Shown: one piece after another, positions 12,614-27,126 of the stretch | Layout of the letters: every line of letters starts with the position of its first letter | Numbering within the stretch: the first letter of the stretch is position 1 | Origin: Octopus sinensis | Lineage: Eukaryota | Length of the DNA: 64,000 bases | Assembly (NCBI RefSeq): GCF_006345805.1 | Contig: NC_043014.1 | Span: 27,962,001-28,026,000, forward strand | Direction: 5' to 3' | Notes under the pieces: generated by a model | Seen by the model: only the letters and a program-made list of their open reading frames with translations | Databases searched by the model: none | What the model was told of the DNA's origin: nothing | Program-made: the position numbers and the translations under genes

Positions 12614-13920
12614 CATCATCATCATCATTTAACGTCCATCTTTTCAGATAGTTTTCAGATATCCTCATCCCAACTCCGTTGGTAACTCAGATTTATCCAT
12701 CTTCACCCCAAGGCAGTGGGATATCTAAGATACTGACCCAAGCGTTGGACAGTTTGACTGAAACCTGCTAAGCTTGGGAGCTACACCAGGTTCCAGTCTG
12801 ATTTGGTATAGTTTCTACAGCTGGACGCCCTTCCTAATGCCAGCCACTCGAAGAGTGTAGTGGGTACATTTTACATTCCATTAGCATGGGTGCCAGTTAC
12901 ATAACACTGGCATCAGCTATGACTATGATCTCACTTGGCTTGACAGATCTCAAGTATATTGCCAAAGGCCTCAGTCACCTGTCATTGCCTCTTAAAGCCC
13001 AACGTTCAAACAGTGCTTTTTATGTGCCACCTGCATGGGTGTCAGTTACGTGATACTGGCATCGGCCACAACTATGATCTCACTTGGCTTGATGGTTCTT
13101 CTCAAGCAAGGTATATCAAAAGAGGTCTCAGTCACTTGCCATTGTCTCCATGAGGCCCAACATTCGAAGATCACGCTTCACTACCTTGTCTCATGTCTTC
13201 TAGGGTCTGCCTCTTCCACAGGTTCCTCCCCACTGTTAGAGTTTGGCACTTCTTCACACAGCTGTTCTCGTCCATACACATCACATGACCATACCAGCAC
13301 ACTCGTCACTCTTGCACACCACGTCTGATGCCTCTTATGCCCAACCTCTCTCTCAAGATGCTTACACTCTGTTGTGCATGCACACTGACATTACACATCC
13401 AGTGAAGCATGCTAGCTTCATTTCTTACAAGCCTACGCATGTCCTTGGTGGCCACAACCCATGTTTCACTGCCGTGTAGCATAGCTATTTGCACACAGAC
13501 ATCATACAGTCTACCTTTCACTCTGAGAGAGAGGCCCATTGTTACCAACAGGGACAGAAGCTCTCTGAACTTTGCCCAGCCTATTCTTATTCTAGCATCC
13601 ACTCCCACTACTGACTTGGCCACCTCAGTAACAGAAGCTATCAACTACTTCTAGATATCCTCACTGGCATTTGATGGAGTCTATTTTCTGTACATTTTTA
13701 ATGTATATTGTACCTGTGCACACACAAAGACTATTTTCCCAGTTAACCTTCCTCTGATATTGTTGCACCACTTATGTGGCCATAGATTACACAAGGTACA
13801 TCTTATGGAGTTTCTGCTTACACCTTTACAGATTGAGCAGGGCTACGTACCTGAAAAGATTTGTGATTTGTCTGCTCTTCTACTCACTAAGACTTTAGGT
13901 TTTGCTAGATTAACTCTAAT
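12614..13920 (-). mobile_element. RTE LINE 3' fragment
   Basis: ORF 13306-13644 has ARIRIGWAKFRELL and MLHGSETW; (GAT)n tail at 12614. Confidence 0.88.
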
Positions 13921-16282
13921 TCATTGATTCATTATTAATTCTCTGTATTTTTCCCTAATTAACCAAATTCCTTTGGTGTTTCATAACTTCAAAATGGTTT
14001 GTTTTATCTATGTTGTATTAAGTTTTAAGGGTACATCTTTAATATCTATTTTTAATTTACTTGCCTCATGATGATATGTTGACCATCTCATTCAATTTTG
14101 TGTAATAGTTACATGATAAGGATGTAATAGTTACATGATAAGGATTCATGACAACAGTGTTGCTATGAACTGATTTACTTACCTATAGTTGGTCTCTATC
14201 CAGAATTGCATGAAAAGAAAAAGATGGTACTTATGCATGTATAGATTCCACTCTGCCTATCATTCCTCTTCAGCAATAAGAACTTCCAATTACTCTAACA
14301 CAACGTTTCCCTCCTCACTCCTCTATATACTTCTTTGACGATATCTCTTCCTCCTTTAAAGATATTGCTTTCACCTCAATCCTCTTGGAAGTAACTACCC
14401 TCTGTGACCTCAACACTTGAAACTCTTCTTTGCTCCACGCTCGTCCTATATTGATGCTGCTTGTGAAGAAGCCAAATCTTTTGTAGTCCTCAACTCTGCA
14501 TTTAGTTTATTTTTCCTCTGCATCACTTCCAGTCTGATACATAATAAACCCCAAACATGCTTCATCTCTATCTCCTCTCCCGATCAGCTTTTGCTAATCC
14601 ATGGCTGCCTCTGCATCTGTTGGGATGTTTGATCACTGTGTTACACTGTATTATCACCAATGTCCACCATATATCACACTGTTAAAACCTTCAAGGTCAT
14701 TACGAATACTAGGTCTCACCATCTGATTATATCTCCTAGCAAACATACATCCTCAACATAACAAATGCAGCATCACAAAGACTGTTCTTCCTCTTCAGCT
14801 CTAGAAAATACTTTAGGTCTAATAACAGCTAAATCTCAACAAAACTCAGTTGAGGACCATGGAGAGTATTACTGACACATCTAGGACGATTCTGCTGCTG
14901 AATGTGTCCAAAAAAGAGATCACCCAACTGATTGGCTTGAAGTCACTCACTAACATGCTTCAATATCTAGCCCACAGACATGCTGTCTCATCTACTTTTT
15001 CTACCACTATTACATTGGCCTCTGTTCTTCATTACTGGTTAGTCTTGTGTCATTTCTACACAAACACTCCTGATTTATTTGTCTCTTCTCATCTTTTACA
15101 TTGTGGCCACCTATTCTCCCTCTTTGCCAATCTTTTCTTCCCAAAATACCAGCCTTCCGAAAATCTCTCCTTAGCTTTTTTTTTTCTGCAGCCATCAGTT
15201 TGCAAAAGAAATATTGTGTTGATCTTACTGATTTTGGAGGGCCTTGAAGGCCATAGTACAAGCCATGTCTCAAGACCAAACCAATAAAAAAATGATGTAC
15301 AATGAACAACTGTTAGATCTGAGTTTAATTGGGCCATCTCTGGGCAAGTGTTTTCTGCTATTGCCCTGAGCTGACCAAAGCCATATAGAGTGGATATGGT
15401 AGATGGAAACGAAGAAGCATGTTGTGTATATATAAGTACATATGTGTGTTTTACTGTCTCCTTGCCTTGACATTGTATAATAGCTGTAAACAAATATCTC
15501 TGTCATACAAGTAGTATTGTCTATTTCCAATCCTCCATGAAAACTTGTCTATCACTGGGAAATATTATCTTATTTGTAAACAGATGAGGAATGGCAACAG
15601 GAAGAACACTCACTGGTATATAAATCTACCTCAACAAAATTCCATTTGACCCATGCAGGCATGGAAAAATAGATGTTAAAATGATGATATTATTTTCTGT
15701 TGGTGTGTTCTTTTAGAATCAGATTCTCTTAAATTTCAACTTGATGTTACTACAATCACATTTTTAAGGTATTTAAAAAAATATTCTTGCCATAAATAGT
15801 AATTCATATTTCTGTATTTGCTATGGAAGCACACTTTTTAGCTAGTTATTCTGTAATAATTTTGAATGCAATGTCAGATTTCAGTTACCTTACCGTTCAG
15901 TCAGTAGTTAAAATGTTGGGATAGCTAATTTGTTCATTGTAATTACTTTCTTCTTATCAATGTGTTCAATTATAATAGTAATGATATAGTCTTCTTTGTT
16001 ATAATAATAATGTTATATTCTTATTTGGTTATGCTGCATAATCCTGTGCAGTATCGTCTGGGACTTGAGCTTTTGTAATTTTGTTGTTGGTTTCTGACTT
16101 ACCAGTAAAGTATTCAGTATTGTTGGTTCAGTGCCTGTTCAGCTGTGACTAAACAAACCTATGATCAAAGTGTTCCAACCACGACCATGTCTTTTTGGTT
16201 ATCCAAGATTATATTGTCCAAAATGTTAATTTTTTTTCCAATGCTAGGGTGTGGTTTGAAGGGATTCTGCTTAACTATCATA

Positions 16283-17160
16283 TGTGAACTGATCAATAAG
16301 TATCCAGACTGTTGCCATAGTAATGAAGCTAAAGCACACAGAGTGAAGCCGCTTGGCACAGATTGACCTTGAACTCTGCTGTGTATGCATACTAAGTTTT
16401 AACATTCTAACTCACTTCTGCTATTTACTGCAGTGCTTGGAAGGAAGGTGTGTAGTGTGTGATCGTCACATTGACCATGACAGAGAAAGTTGAACAGAGA
16501 ATCTGCATCAAATTTTGCCAAAAGTTTGGTAATACCTGCAAAGTTTTCATTGTTTTCGACACAGTCAAGGAGATCTTGTGCAGCTGAAACCTGAGTGTCT
16601 TTTTGCTCAGCTGAAAGCAGTTTGGACACAAACTTGACAGACATGTCTTGTCTCATACCCAAATCTCCAATGATAATGGACTGAACTGAATTGTAACTAA
16701 TCTGCACATCCTCTGATAACTCACAGATGGTGATTTGACGTTTTCGCCTCACAGCCACTTGCACATCTGTGATGTTTTTCTCAGGTCAGTTCTGCTGGTT
16801 GCGGGTCTCCCAGAACGTTTGTCAATATCTACATTTTTTTGGCCGTCTTGAAAACGTCTGAACCACTTGTACATTTGTGTGCTGCTCATACACTCCTCTC
16901 TATACACTTTCTGCAACTTTACATAGGCCTCTGAGCAGATCTCGCCATGAAAACTTCCTCTGTCATGGTCAATGCGACAATCACATGCTACATGCCTTCC
17001 TTTCAAGCACAGCTGTAAATAGCAGAAGTGAGCTAGAACATTAAAACTTAGTGCATGTGCACAGCAGAGTTCACAGTCAATCTTTGCCAAGCAACTTTGC
17101 TCTGCATGCTTTAGCTTCGTTACAATGGCAATAGTCCAGATACTAATTGATCAGACCTCA
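16283..17160 (-). mobile_element. Mariner-like element, internally deleted
   Basis: TA-flanked imperfect TIRs of about 70 bp (GAGGTCTGATCAATTAGTATC-like). Fragments YKWFRRFQDG, RSGRP, ITICELSEDVQISYNSVQSII and KFVSKLLSAEQK. Confidence 0.85.
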
Positions 17161-17277
17161 TATAGAAGCTCCTTGGTGACTCAAAATATTCACTGCCTTG
17201 ACACAGGTGGGCAAACTTAATATTTGCCATCACCAACATTTGGTAGTTTCTGGGAATATTTTAATTTCTTCTTATAG

Positions 17278-17404
17278 AACAAGCTTGTCTGATGAAGATT
17301 TTGAAGCCATATGGCAATGCCTGGAATGGCTTCTACTTACAAAGAAAATGCAGCGACGGTTATCCAAGAAACAGGCTGTTATTCTGAAACCATCTTTCAG
17401 CACT
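17278..17404 (+). CDS. URB2: URB2 exon 3
   Basis: cttatAG|...|GTGAGT. TSLSDEDFEAIWQCLEWLLLTKKMQRRLSKKQAVILKPSFST. Phase 2 to 0. Confidence 0.85.
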
Positions 17405-18497
17405 GTGAGTATTTGTTGTCTCTTTATTTATTTTCATATTAATTTTTATTGTAAAATTTTCATTTTCTTTTTGTTTATTGACGTTGTTCTTTTTTTACAG
17501 ATACATATAACAGTGTAAGCTAATTCTTACCAAATCATAATGATTTACAGGGCCATTGCTGAACTCTCATTCAGCTTTGTGCAGATGAAAAACGTGTCTT
17601 TTCTGTATAGGTTGGTGGTTTGTTGGAAGTAGCTTTCACTTTGAAACAAATTTAATTCAACACTGCAAACCAGCAAAAGACTATAATGTCTACAGTTGTT
17701 GAAGTATTCATGGATGTTTCACCCAGTTGGAATATTTATATTTCTCACTACAAACTGTGTGTGCACTATTGGACAACACCATTTGTTGTCCAATCATTGA
17801 AGTTAGCCATCATCAAACCTAGTTCTTATATTGGTGATTGCTTTGGGAATCCATGTACTGTAAACATCTAATTTTGGTCAACAATTAGAAACAATATAGG
17901 GCAGAGGAAAGTTTTTAGAGTTGCTGGGAGCCTGACAATCTCTCTTGTGCTAGTGCTTTGCTAAATGCACTCAGTATGTTCTGTACAGTGATTGGCAACA
18001 GGAATAACATTTAAAACCTGCCAAATATTGGATGTACAAGCAAGACATGGCTCCCAACCTGTCTGACAGGACAGTAACTATGAAGAACTGATTCAGTTCA
18101 TGATGATCCATTAAACCCATGCCAGCATGGAAAAGCAATGGTTTCAGGTTCAGTCTCACTGCGTGTGCTGTGATCAACTGTCTTCTACTATAGCTCTGGG
18201 CTGACCAGAGGCTTGTGAGGGGATTTGGTTGATGGGAACTCAAAGAAGCCTGTTGTATGCATGTGTCCTTGTCTGGACATCATGCGATAGTTATATATTG
18301 AACATTGCATCATACTAACGATATCATTTGTTTCCAGCTTTTTATGAAAAATGTCTGGCCATGGGAAAATATTACCTTGTTTGGAAATAGGTGGGAGTTG
18401 GTGACAAGACAGGTATCCAGCCCTAGAAAATCTGCCACAATGAATTTTGTCTGATTCGTATAAGCTTGGGAAGTGGACATTAAAACACTGATGGGGT

Positions 18498-18631
<134 letters not shown>

Positions 18632-18924
18632 AAAATTATGAAACTAGTAAACTACAGGCTTAGGTAATGCTTTTAAAATAATTTGTTCTTAGGCATAAAA
18701 TAGTCTAGCCTGGTGCCATTATCTTACATGCTACTCATATTTGTCTCCTTCTGGAAATCTGTTTCCATTTCCCTACTCTCTCTTTTCATGTTTATCTTCA
18801 TCTACAGATTTTTAAAAGTTCAAATTCAATATTTAACTTATACAGTGTCTCTTTCTCCTCCTCTGTATTTCTGTTCTTCTTCAGACAAAACAAAATATAT
18901 AAACATTTCTTATATTCTTTGCAG

Positions 18925-19056
18925 ATATTAAATTTCAGCTTGGCTAATGTGTCCCAAAATAAATTGAAGTACTCAGACAGTGTGATGGCTTGCTGTAAGT
19001 TGTTGTTGTCATCTCCAGCCTTGTCCTACCTTTTTACCTCAAACATTGAAAACATG
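18925..19056 (+). CDS. URB2: URB2 exon 4
   Basis: tttgcAG|...|GTAGGT. ILNFSLANVSQNKLKYSDSVMACCKLLLSSPALSYLFTSNIENM resembles the recalled human VLRCCQGILSTPALAVIY segment. Phase 0 to 0. Confidence 0.88.
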
Positions 19057-20048
19057 GTAGGTATCAGCAATATTCTTTTACACAAATATTTCTCAGTCCT
19101 GTAACACCTATTGTTTAAAATTTTTAATGCTTTAAATTCAGTGCTTCTGCGGCAAGAAAATGATGAGATTGAAAGCTTGGATGAGCTCGCAGGATACTTT
19201 ACATTTGAACATTATTATTGTATGCAAGCAGTTTAGTATCTGGCAATTGTTGCAGAATTATTGACATCTGAATAATATATATAGCACATACAATATGTGC
19301 TATAATAATGTTTGCATTATTAGAGCTGCTCATAATTCATAATTTAATTTTGTTTTCCTTGTGCGGTGCTGTTGCACATCAGCAGATAGACTGTACTATT
19401 TGCATATATACCACAAATCAGCCATTGTAGTCACTTGAATACATGGTGCTGGGAAGCTGAAAAGCAGCAAAATATCGATATCCACTGTTCTCAATTGCTT
19501 ACAGGGCAAGTTGTCTTGCCTAGTTTGAGATATTTAGTGTTTTTCAACACTTGGCATCTTGAAGGGACATTTCCCATGATGCTGTCTTGCAGTCAAGGAG
19601 CTCATAAACACCTGTAAGTATGTAGGCTGACTGTGCTTCAACATTACCTTCAGGGTACGGTTAATGATATTGGCACCAAATACTTGACTGGTTACTTTAT
19701 TAATCTTAGAAGAATGAAAGGACAAATCAGTCTAGGTAGGATTTGAATTCTGCATGTAAAGAGATGTAACCAAATACCTTAAGACATTTTGTACAATATT
19801 CTACAGATTCTGACATCCACAGCCTTCTGTGTTAGTTTGTTTGTCAGAATGTATATGAATGTATATATATATGATTGCCTATGATAGCTTTATTGTATAA
19901 GCAAGTGTATATGTAAATACGTGTTTAGATGTAAGAAGTAGTTTGTATGTGGGAGTGGAAAAGGGCAAATGCTATAGTGCTTGTATATAAGTGAATAAGA
20001 TTATATGGTTTAAAGTAACATAAATCTGTTTGTTTTTTTTTACTTCAG

Positions 20049-20192
20049 GTTAACCTTTTGTCTGCTGTGAGCAGCATAAGTCTGCAACAACTTGCTACAA
20101 CTGGTCACATGGAGCAACATATTGACGACTTGTTAACTAATCTGATTAAGTCTTTCTGTGACTGTCAAAAAATTAGTTGTAACCAAGGCCAG
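20049..20192 (+). CDS. URB2: URB2 exon 5
   Basis: cttcAG|GTT...CAG|GTAAAG, 48 open codons (VNLLSAVSS...CNQGQ). Phase 0 to 0. Confidence 0.85.
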
Positions 20193-20254
20193 GTAAAGAG
20201 GCTGACGTATTCCTTCTTTGCTAATGTTGTCATCACTTCAATCAACTTCATAAT

Positions 20255-20560
20255 TTCTACCACAACTAACACCACCTTACCAACCACCACCACCTTCATT
20301 GTTTTCCCTTCCACTAGTACTACCATCATCATCATCACATCATTCTTAAACTACTACCACCAGTACTACCACTATCAGTACCACTACTTCTTCAGCTACA
20401 ACACCACCACCACTATCACTACTACAATCATTACTTTGCCACTGCCTTTTTTTTGCCCCTGCACGACTATTATCGCCATCATCATCATGGTTTCTGTATT
20501 ATTGCCCACCAGCAGCAGTATCACAATTGCTATTGTTTCTGTCATCATCATCATCATCAC
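20255..20560. repeat. Degenerate trinucleotide (ACC/ACT/ATC) low-complexity tract
   Basis: Directly visible; it explains the spurious Thr/Ile/His-rich ORF extensions. Confidence 0.85.
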
Positions 20561-20629
20561 AGTAAAGGATTATTTACAAAATTACCAAACTCATGTCGGT
20601 ATGTTAAAAGATACTCTCTTTCTCTTTAC

Positions 20630-20826
20630 TTTTTTACTTGTTTCACTCATTTGACTGCAGCCATGCTGGAGCACTGCCTTTAGTCAGACAAGTTGACCCC
20701 AGGACTTATTCTTTGTAAGCGTAGTACTTGTTCTATCAGTCTCTTTTGCCGAACTGCTAAGTTATGGGGACGTAAACACATCAGCATCAGATGTTGGGGG
20801 AACAAACACACACACACACACACACA

Positions 20827-20882
<56 letters not shown>

Positions 20883-21068
20883 CATACATACATACATATA
20901 TACAACGGGTTTCTTTCAGTTTCCGTCTACCAAATCCACTCACAAGGCTTTGGTCGGCCTGAAGCTCTAGTAGAAGACACTTACCCAAGGTGCCACGCAG
21001 TGGGACTGAACCCGGAACCATGTGGTTGGTAAGCAAGCTACTTACCACACAGCCACTCCTGCACCTAT
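20630..21068 (-). mobile_element. tRNA-derived SINE, full length
   Basis: Head AGGAGTGGCTGTGTGGTAAG (A box)...GGTTCAGTCCC (B box); central (CA)n(TA)n. Confidence 0.9.
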
Positions 21069-23521
21069 GTGAAACAATATTAATGTTATCAATATTTTTC
21101 ACATTTTGTGCTTTCCTTTGCTGAAATGATTATGACAATCAGCAGTTTACTGAATCATCTCTTTTCAAAATGTCTGTGTTCTTTGTTAAAGTTAATTAAC
21201 ATGTTTTATATTTCTTGCACCATGTTTATGTTGGGTTACTTTTGATCATTTTGATATTGACATATTGCTGGAACAAATACTTTTAACTGTTGGCTGTTCT
21301 TCCTAAATCACTCACAATGCATACTTAGGGGAAGCATGGATGTAAAATGGCAGGGAAAATGTGTGGCAATGTATATTAACTGCATAATGAAATCCATACT
21401 GTTGTATGTGTATGTGGTTGACTATATAATTAAATCTATAACATGATTTTCATTTGAGTATCCAAATGAATACTAATCATTCTCAGTGAATGGGAATGGA
21501 AACTTATGTATTGAACAATAGGTCAAACCTCTTGCTGGTTGGACACCTCTGTTTGGTCCATGAATGCTTTTGTTGGGGTCAACTCTCTGAAGCATTTGGA
21601 CCAGACTCCAGTTCCCTATTTGCTTACTATTTTTCTGTAGATGTTCAGCTATATTGACCTCATCAATCTTGGAAAGCCTACAAAGGTCTTTGAATGCTGC
21701 CCCTCCTTCACTGATTAACTGATGAAAAAAAAAGACTCAGAGAAGTCAAGTGAGATTGTCTTTTCAGGTGCTCTAAAAAATAAAATTGATTGCCTTCAGA
21801 TGAATAAATTTTACAATGTGAGATTCATTATCTTAGAACCAAATCCACATGGCTTTTTTTTTTATTGCTTATCATTTAAAATGTCAGAAGTTGTCATGCC
21901 ATGTGATATCAAGTTAGATGAGTTTGTTGCTAGGCAACAATCTCATGTTTAAATCTGAGTTGTGGAATGAACAGTGTGTCTTCCAGTGAATTTTCTCTCT
22001 TAATACAAGCCTGTTGATATTGCTATGTGTAGGTATTTTTATCTGAACCAAATTCAGAGTATAAATTCTTTCTTTTGGGATAGATGTCACTATTTTACAG
22101 TATACATTTCATGATTGAGTGGTTAGCAAGTGGGACAGTGCAAACATGTCAATTTACTCCCTAACTACTGGATTTATGCTAACATAGAACTTGTGTTATA
22201 AACTGAAATAGATTTTGTCTGAAAGTGAGGAATTATCATTTTTATACATTGATTTATTCAGACTATTGTCCTCATCAAGAATTAAATTTAAGGCTTCTAT
22301 TTTCCATTAGCTATGGGATAATAATATAGTCACTATTTTCTTTTCATTGCTTTTGCAGTTTCCTATGATTCCCTGTCGCCATCCATTTTTTATTATGAGT
22401 TTCAATTGGGTGCTTGAGTCATTGTGAATCATTCATTAGCTGATTACACAATCATGGACACCACCCTTATAGATGCATTGCAGTTACTATCTTGATAGAG
22501 CTTGGTGATCCTGGCCGTTGATCTTCTGGGATTCTTCTGCTCATAATCAATGTAAAAAGCACTGTTGGCTCAGTTGAGCTCTTCCACTACCTCTTCACAC
22601 TCTACCATGCTGCAGTCCCATGACTTTGCTGTACCGCTGGCAGGGTGGCTGAATGGTTGCATTGCCTTGCCAAAGGGCAGCTGTAACTATGCAATATAAG
22701 TATTGGTTAAGGGCAATAGTTTATTTAGCGGGTATGAATTCAGTTTCTAGTTTAGTGTATCTATCTATATACTCTAGTTTAAGCAGAATGAGCAAGCAAC
22801 ATTAGAGCTAACTAACAACTAATATCCCAAACAGGGACAAGGAAATGAGAACAATCTAGTCTCCCATGTTCTGAATAAAGGGTTTAGTTTGGAATTCCAA
22901 GAATATTATCAAATTCAACAACATCTGAAGTTAGCTGGAGGGCACAACGTGACTAACAATCAAAATGAGGAAATTCATCATCATCATTTTAATGTCCACT
23001 TTTCCACGCTCCCATGGATCAGATGGAATTTGTTGAGGCAGATTTTTCTATTGACAGATATCCTTCCTGTTTCCAAGTAAGGTGATATTTCTACATGAAT
23101 GTCTTCATGGAAAATTGGAAATGAAGAACACCACTTGCATGACAGTGTCACTTGCTTTTGCAACTGTCAAAGCAAGGAGACGACAATACATACACACACA
23201 CACACACATTTCTATATACATTAAGGACTTATTTCAGTTTCTGTCTTACAGATCCATTCACAAGGCTTTGGTTGCCCTGAGGCTATAGAATACCCTTGCT
23301 CAAGGTGTCAGGCAGTGGGACTGAACTTTGAACCATGTGGTTGGGAAGCAAACTTCTTACCTAACAGCCATATCTATAAAATTAGTTCAAATAAATCTAT
23401 GTATAATAGTTGTAAATAGTATTTAAAATATAAATGATTTTTGTAAAACAAGATATATCCCTGCCCAGTTTCTTGAATTTTCATTCTCAAATCAGATTTT
23501 CTTTTCTTCCCCTCTTTACAG

Positions 23522-23652
23522 GTTCTTAAGTTGTTCTGCAATAAATTATTTCAATCTGTACTAATTCTCCGATATAAATGTCAACACCATTCCGATTACA
23601 ACCACATTTCATGTTTACTTGATGAGATGATAAAAAATACTGTTTTTAACAA
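23522..23652 (+). CDS. URB2: URB2 exon 6
   Basis: tttacAG|...|GTAAGT. VLKLFCNKLFQSVLILRYK...EMIKNTVFN. Phase 0 to 2. Confidence 0.85.
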
Positions 23653-23756
23653 GTAAGTGAATATAAGTTAAGATTTCTTTTTCTAAGAAAGTTTGTTGTT
23701 TTCATGCTGCCTTGAAAAAATTCCTCATAGTTTCATATATGTTTTATTTTTTTCAG

Positions 23757-23874
23757 AGATCAAAGATTATTTTTCAGGAAATTGCAAAAACAGAGTGCTG
23801 CAACTAATATTTTAGAATCCAAGTCTGGGCTAATTCAGCTGTTTACAATAATGAAAGAAGCTATTACTGGAACT
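23757..23874 (+). CDS. URB2: URB2 exon 7
   Basis: tttcAG|...|GTAAGA. DQRLFFRKLQKQSAATNILESKSGLIQLFTIMKEAITGT. Phase 2 to 0; follows a 104-nt intron. Confidence 0.8.
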
Positions 23875-25666
23875 GTAAGATATTTATATATTCATTTTAA
23901 CCCAGCTGTAATATTCTTCCTGTTTTACGTTCAAACTTGCCAGATCTGGCCTCTCACACCTACCCAATATTTGTTATTCTAACTGTAAACAGCCACATCA
24001 TTGAAATCTGAAAGCTACAACATAATACACAAGTAATTCAAAATAATGTGAATAAATAAGCTTTACATTTGACTGAGTAATCTTAATGCTAAAAGGTTAA
24101 TAGACATATTGTGTGTCTAGGAAGTTCAGCTTGCAACCAACATGGTTCTCAGTTCCCTGTGCAGAATCATGCTACAGAGTTTTCTGTCCATGTTGAAGAT
24201 AGAAACTGTACAGAAGCCTGGTTGGTGTGTGTGTGTGTGTGTGAATGGTGCCATGTGGATACAGAGTTTGCTTCATAATTATATGGTTTCAGTTTCACTT
24301 TGAGCAAGTATCCTCTGGCCTCAGGTTGTCCAATGCCTTGTGTCTGAAATTGGTGGATAGAAACTTAATGGATACCCTTTGTGTATATGTCTTGTGCTGG
24401 CACCATGTAAAAAGTACCCGTGCTGGCATCACATAAAAGCATCCAGCACACACTGTAAAGTGGTTGGTGTTAGGAAGGGCATCCAGTCATAGAAACCAAG
24501 TCAAATCAGACTGGAACCTTGTGCAGTACTCCAGCTTACCAGCTGTGGTGAAACTGTCCAACCCATGCCAGCATAGAAAATGGCTGTTAAAGGATGATGA
24601 TGATTTTTATGTGTGTACATATATGTTGAATTGAGGAAGTGAGGATATGTCATTGGTTTTCTTTGAAGTGGAACTATGACAAGTGCAAGAGCTGATTGAT
24701 TAATAAGCTTTATCTTTTTTATGACGTTCTTATCCTTAAATGTTCATTGTTATTTTTCCTAAAATTCCAATTAGTGAAGATGGGTTCATGGCTTATGGTT
24801 GAATTAGTATGCTGTTTCTTCATTCGTTGTTTTCCTTCAGTTCTATTTCAGTCCAGATATAAAATGTGGAAATTCAAAATGTAATCTAAAAGAGCTTTTG
24901 ACTCTACTCACTGGAACAGACACATATGCCACTATTGCTGAGTGATATTAACACAATGTTGTTTATAACATATGTAACATTCAGCAATGAACAGTCATGT
25001 GGGGCTGAATCAAATTGTTTTAATGATAATATATATATGTTTTTGTTTTACAAGTTATGAAAATGTCAATATTTGAGTAGTGTTTATAAATGTGTGACCA
25101 ATATTTAGATCAGTGGTTCCAAAACTTTTTCAGGCTGCTGCCTCCCTGACACCTGGGCCACATTCCTAGTGCCTCCTCCCCACTCACCATCACAAACATA
25201 GACCATTTTCTGCAGCAAATTCAAAACAACAGTATTTCACAAATAAAACTTAACCTAATTAACCCATCATTTTGTTTGCTTATTCATCTAGTGCCCCAGT
25301 TTGGCCACTCCATTATTGCTCCACTGAATCTTTCTACTCCTCCCCTATGAGCCACTGATTTAGATCGTAAGAGATATTCTTAGGTGCATTGTGCTGTGAC
25401 TTTTGAGCGACGTATATGACCTTATCTCAATTGATTTTGGTAGACAAAGTTATTACACCTACTACACCGGCTTTACAAAGGCCATAATTTGTTCCAACAG
25501 TCAAGGAAAGGTTTCTTTAAATTTACAGAACCTTAATCTTGACAAAGCTAAATTGAAAATATGAATAGTTCTTAACAAGTTTTTAAGCAAGTTTATTTTT
25601 AAATTCATTCATTTGATGGAAAATATTGTGCTTATCTTCTGTTTGTTATATTTCCTTGATATTCAG

Positions 25667-25752
25667 GACAGTGAAGCATTAGCGATTGATTTCAGGGCTG
25701 CTGTCTTCGATTATTTACCAAAACTTTTTGCTTCATTTATTGAAGGAGAAAC
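25667..25752 (+). CDS. URB2: URB2 exon 8
   Basis: attcAG|...|GTGAGT. DSEALAIDFRAAVFDYLPKLFASFIEGE. Phase 0 to 2. Confidence 0.8.
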
Positions 25753-25902
25753 GTGAGTTCTTTATATGACATTATCTACAAATGTTTTATGTATTTGTGT
25801 GGGAGATAGAACCTGAACCGAAAGCTTTGAAAACGATACCAAACTTAATGCAAAACACTTTTATATCTGAATCTTGCAGCAATGTATTTTAGTAGATATC
25901 AA

Positions 25903-25904
<2 letters not shown>

Positions 25905-25946
<42 letters not shown>

Positions 25947-26003
25947 GTATATATGTATGTATATATGTATGTATATATGTATGTATATATATATGTATAT
26001 ATG

Positions 26004-26058
<55 letters not shown>
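25905..26058. repeat. Compound (TA)n/(TATG)n microsatellite
   Basis: Directly visible. Confidence 0.97.
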
Positions 26059-26060
<2 letters not shown>

Positions 26061-27126
26061 TTTTTCATTTATACATATCCTACAGAAGTAGTCTCCGATA
26101 TTTTAGTATCAAAAGAATTAAATGAATTGATTATTATTTTGTAGTGATCACAATTTATTATGGTATATTGATAAAGAATAATGTTACTTGGTTTTTTGTT
26201 TTCTTCAAATTATGTTGGTAATCTAGTTTAAGCATTAAAACTACTGCTTTCTCAAGTGTTGTGAGCTGCTGTAGAGTATAATTAATCCTTTGGTTACCAG
26301 CTCACTTGCAATTATCTCTAGTTATGTGATACAAAGCTGCATGTTTTAAAGTGTTGGTAATTGAATTAAAACCTCTGTCAAAATTTTATGTAAGCCTTTT
26401 GTTCCAGTTAAATATTGGCAAAGGTTAGTTTTTTATGAAATCCATCCAAATTGTTGGTTATTTTCAAAATTAATTGAAATACTACATCATGTATTTCATT
26501 AGAAATATCATTAAAGAATATGAATTAAATAAAACATGACATGTCATTTGTGGAAATGCGATGTATTTGTCTTGCTTTTTCCTAGTTATTAGTGATATGA
26601 TGGGAAGTATCTTCTAACTGGAAATAAGAACAGAATTACGGATTCAGATTAGATAAGAAAACACTTTGATGATAAAAATAATAAATAACACAAAGAGAGG
26701 GCATTTAAAAAAAATATTGTGTCTTTTGGATTTTTTTTCTTTTTCAAGTAAGTCTCAGGAATCAGGGCTACTCCTTTTCACTCCCTCCAAGATTAAGTTT
26801 AATGGTTTTAATATTTGTCTTAAAATTTCTTGGTGCCACAGACATGGCAGCGTGTTAAGAAGTTTGCTTCCTCACTACATGGTTCTGTGTTCAGTCCCAA
26901 TACATAAAACCATGAACAGGTGTCTTCTATTATAGCCCTAGGATTATTATAAGAGGTTTGGGTTTGATTCCCATGTGTACTAATACCTATTTTTTTCCAT
27001 CATGGGTTTATATGACTATTTCCTATAGTCAATTTATACAGTGAAAACTTAACATTTACAAAATTTTCACTCATACAACCATTTCTTAACTTAGGCAGAA
27101 TATATTAAATGCATTCCTGGCATATA

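Noticed and set aside
20193-20683. A 198-aa Thr/Ile-rich membrane-like protein and a His-rich ORF
   Set aside because: Only the part up to 20192 is URB2 exon 5; the rest is an intronic trinucleotide tract.
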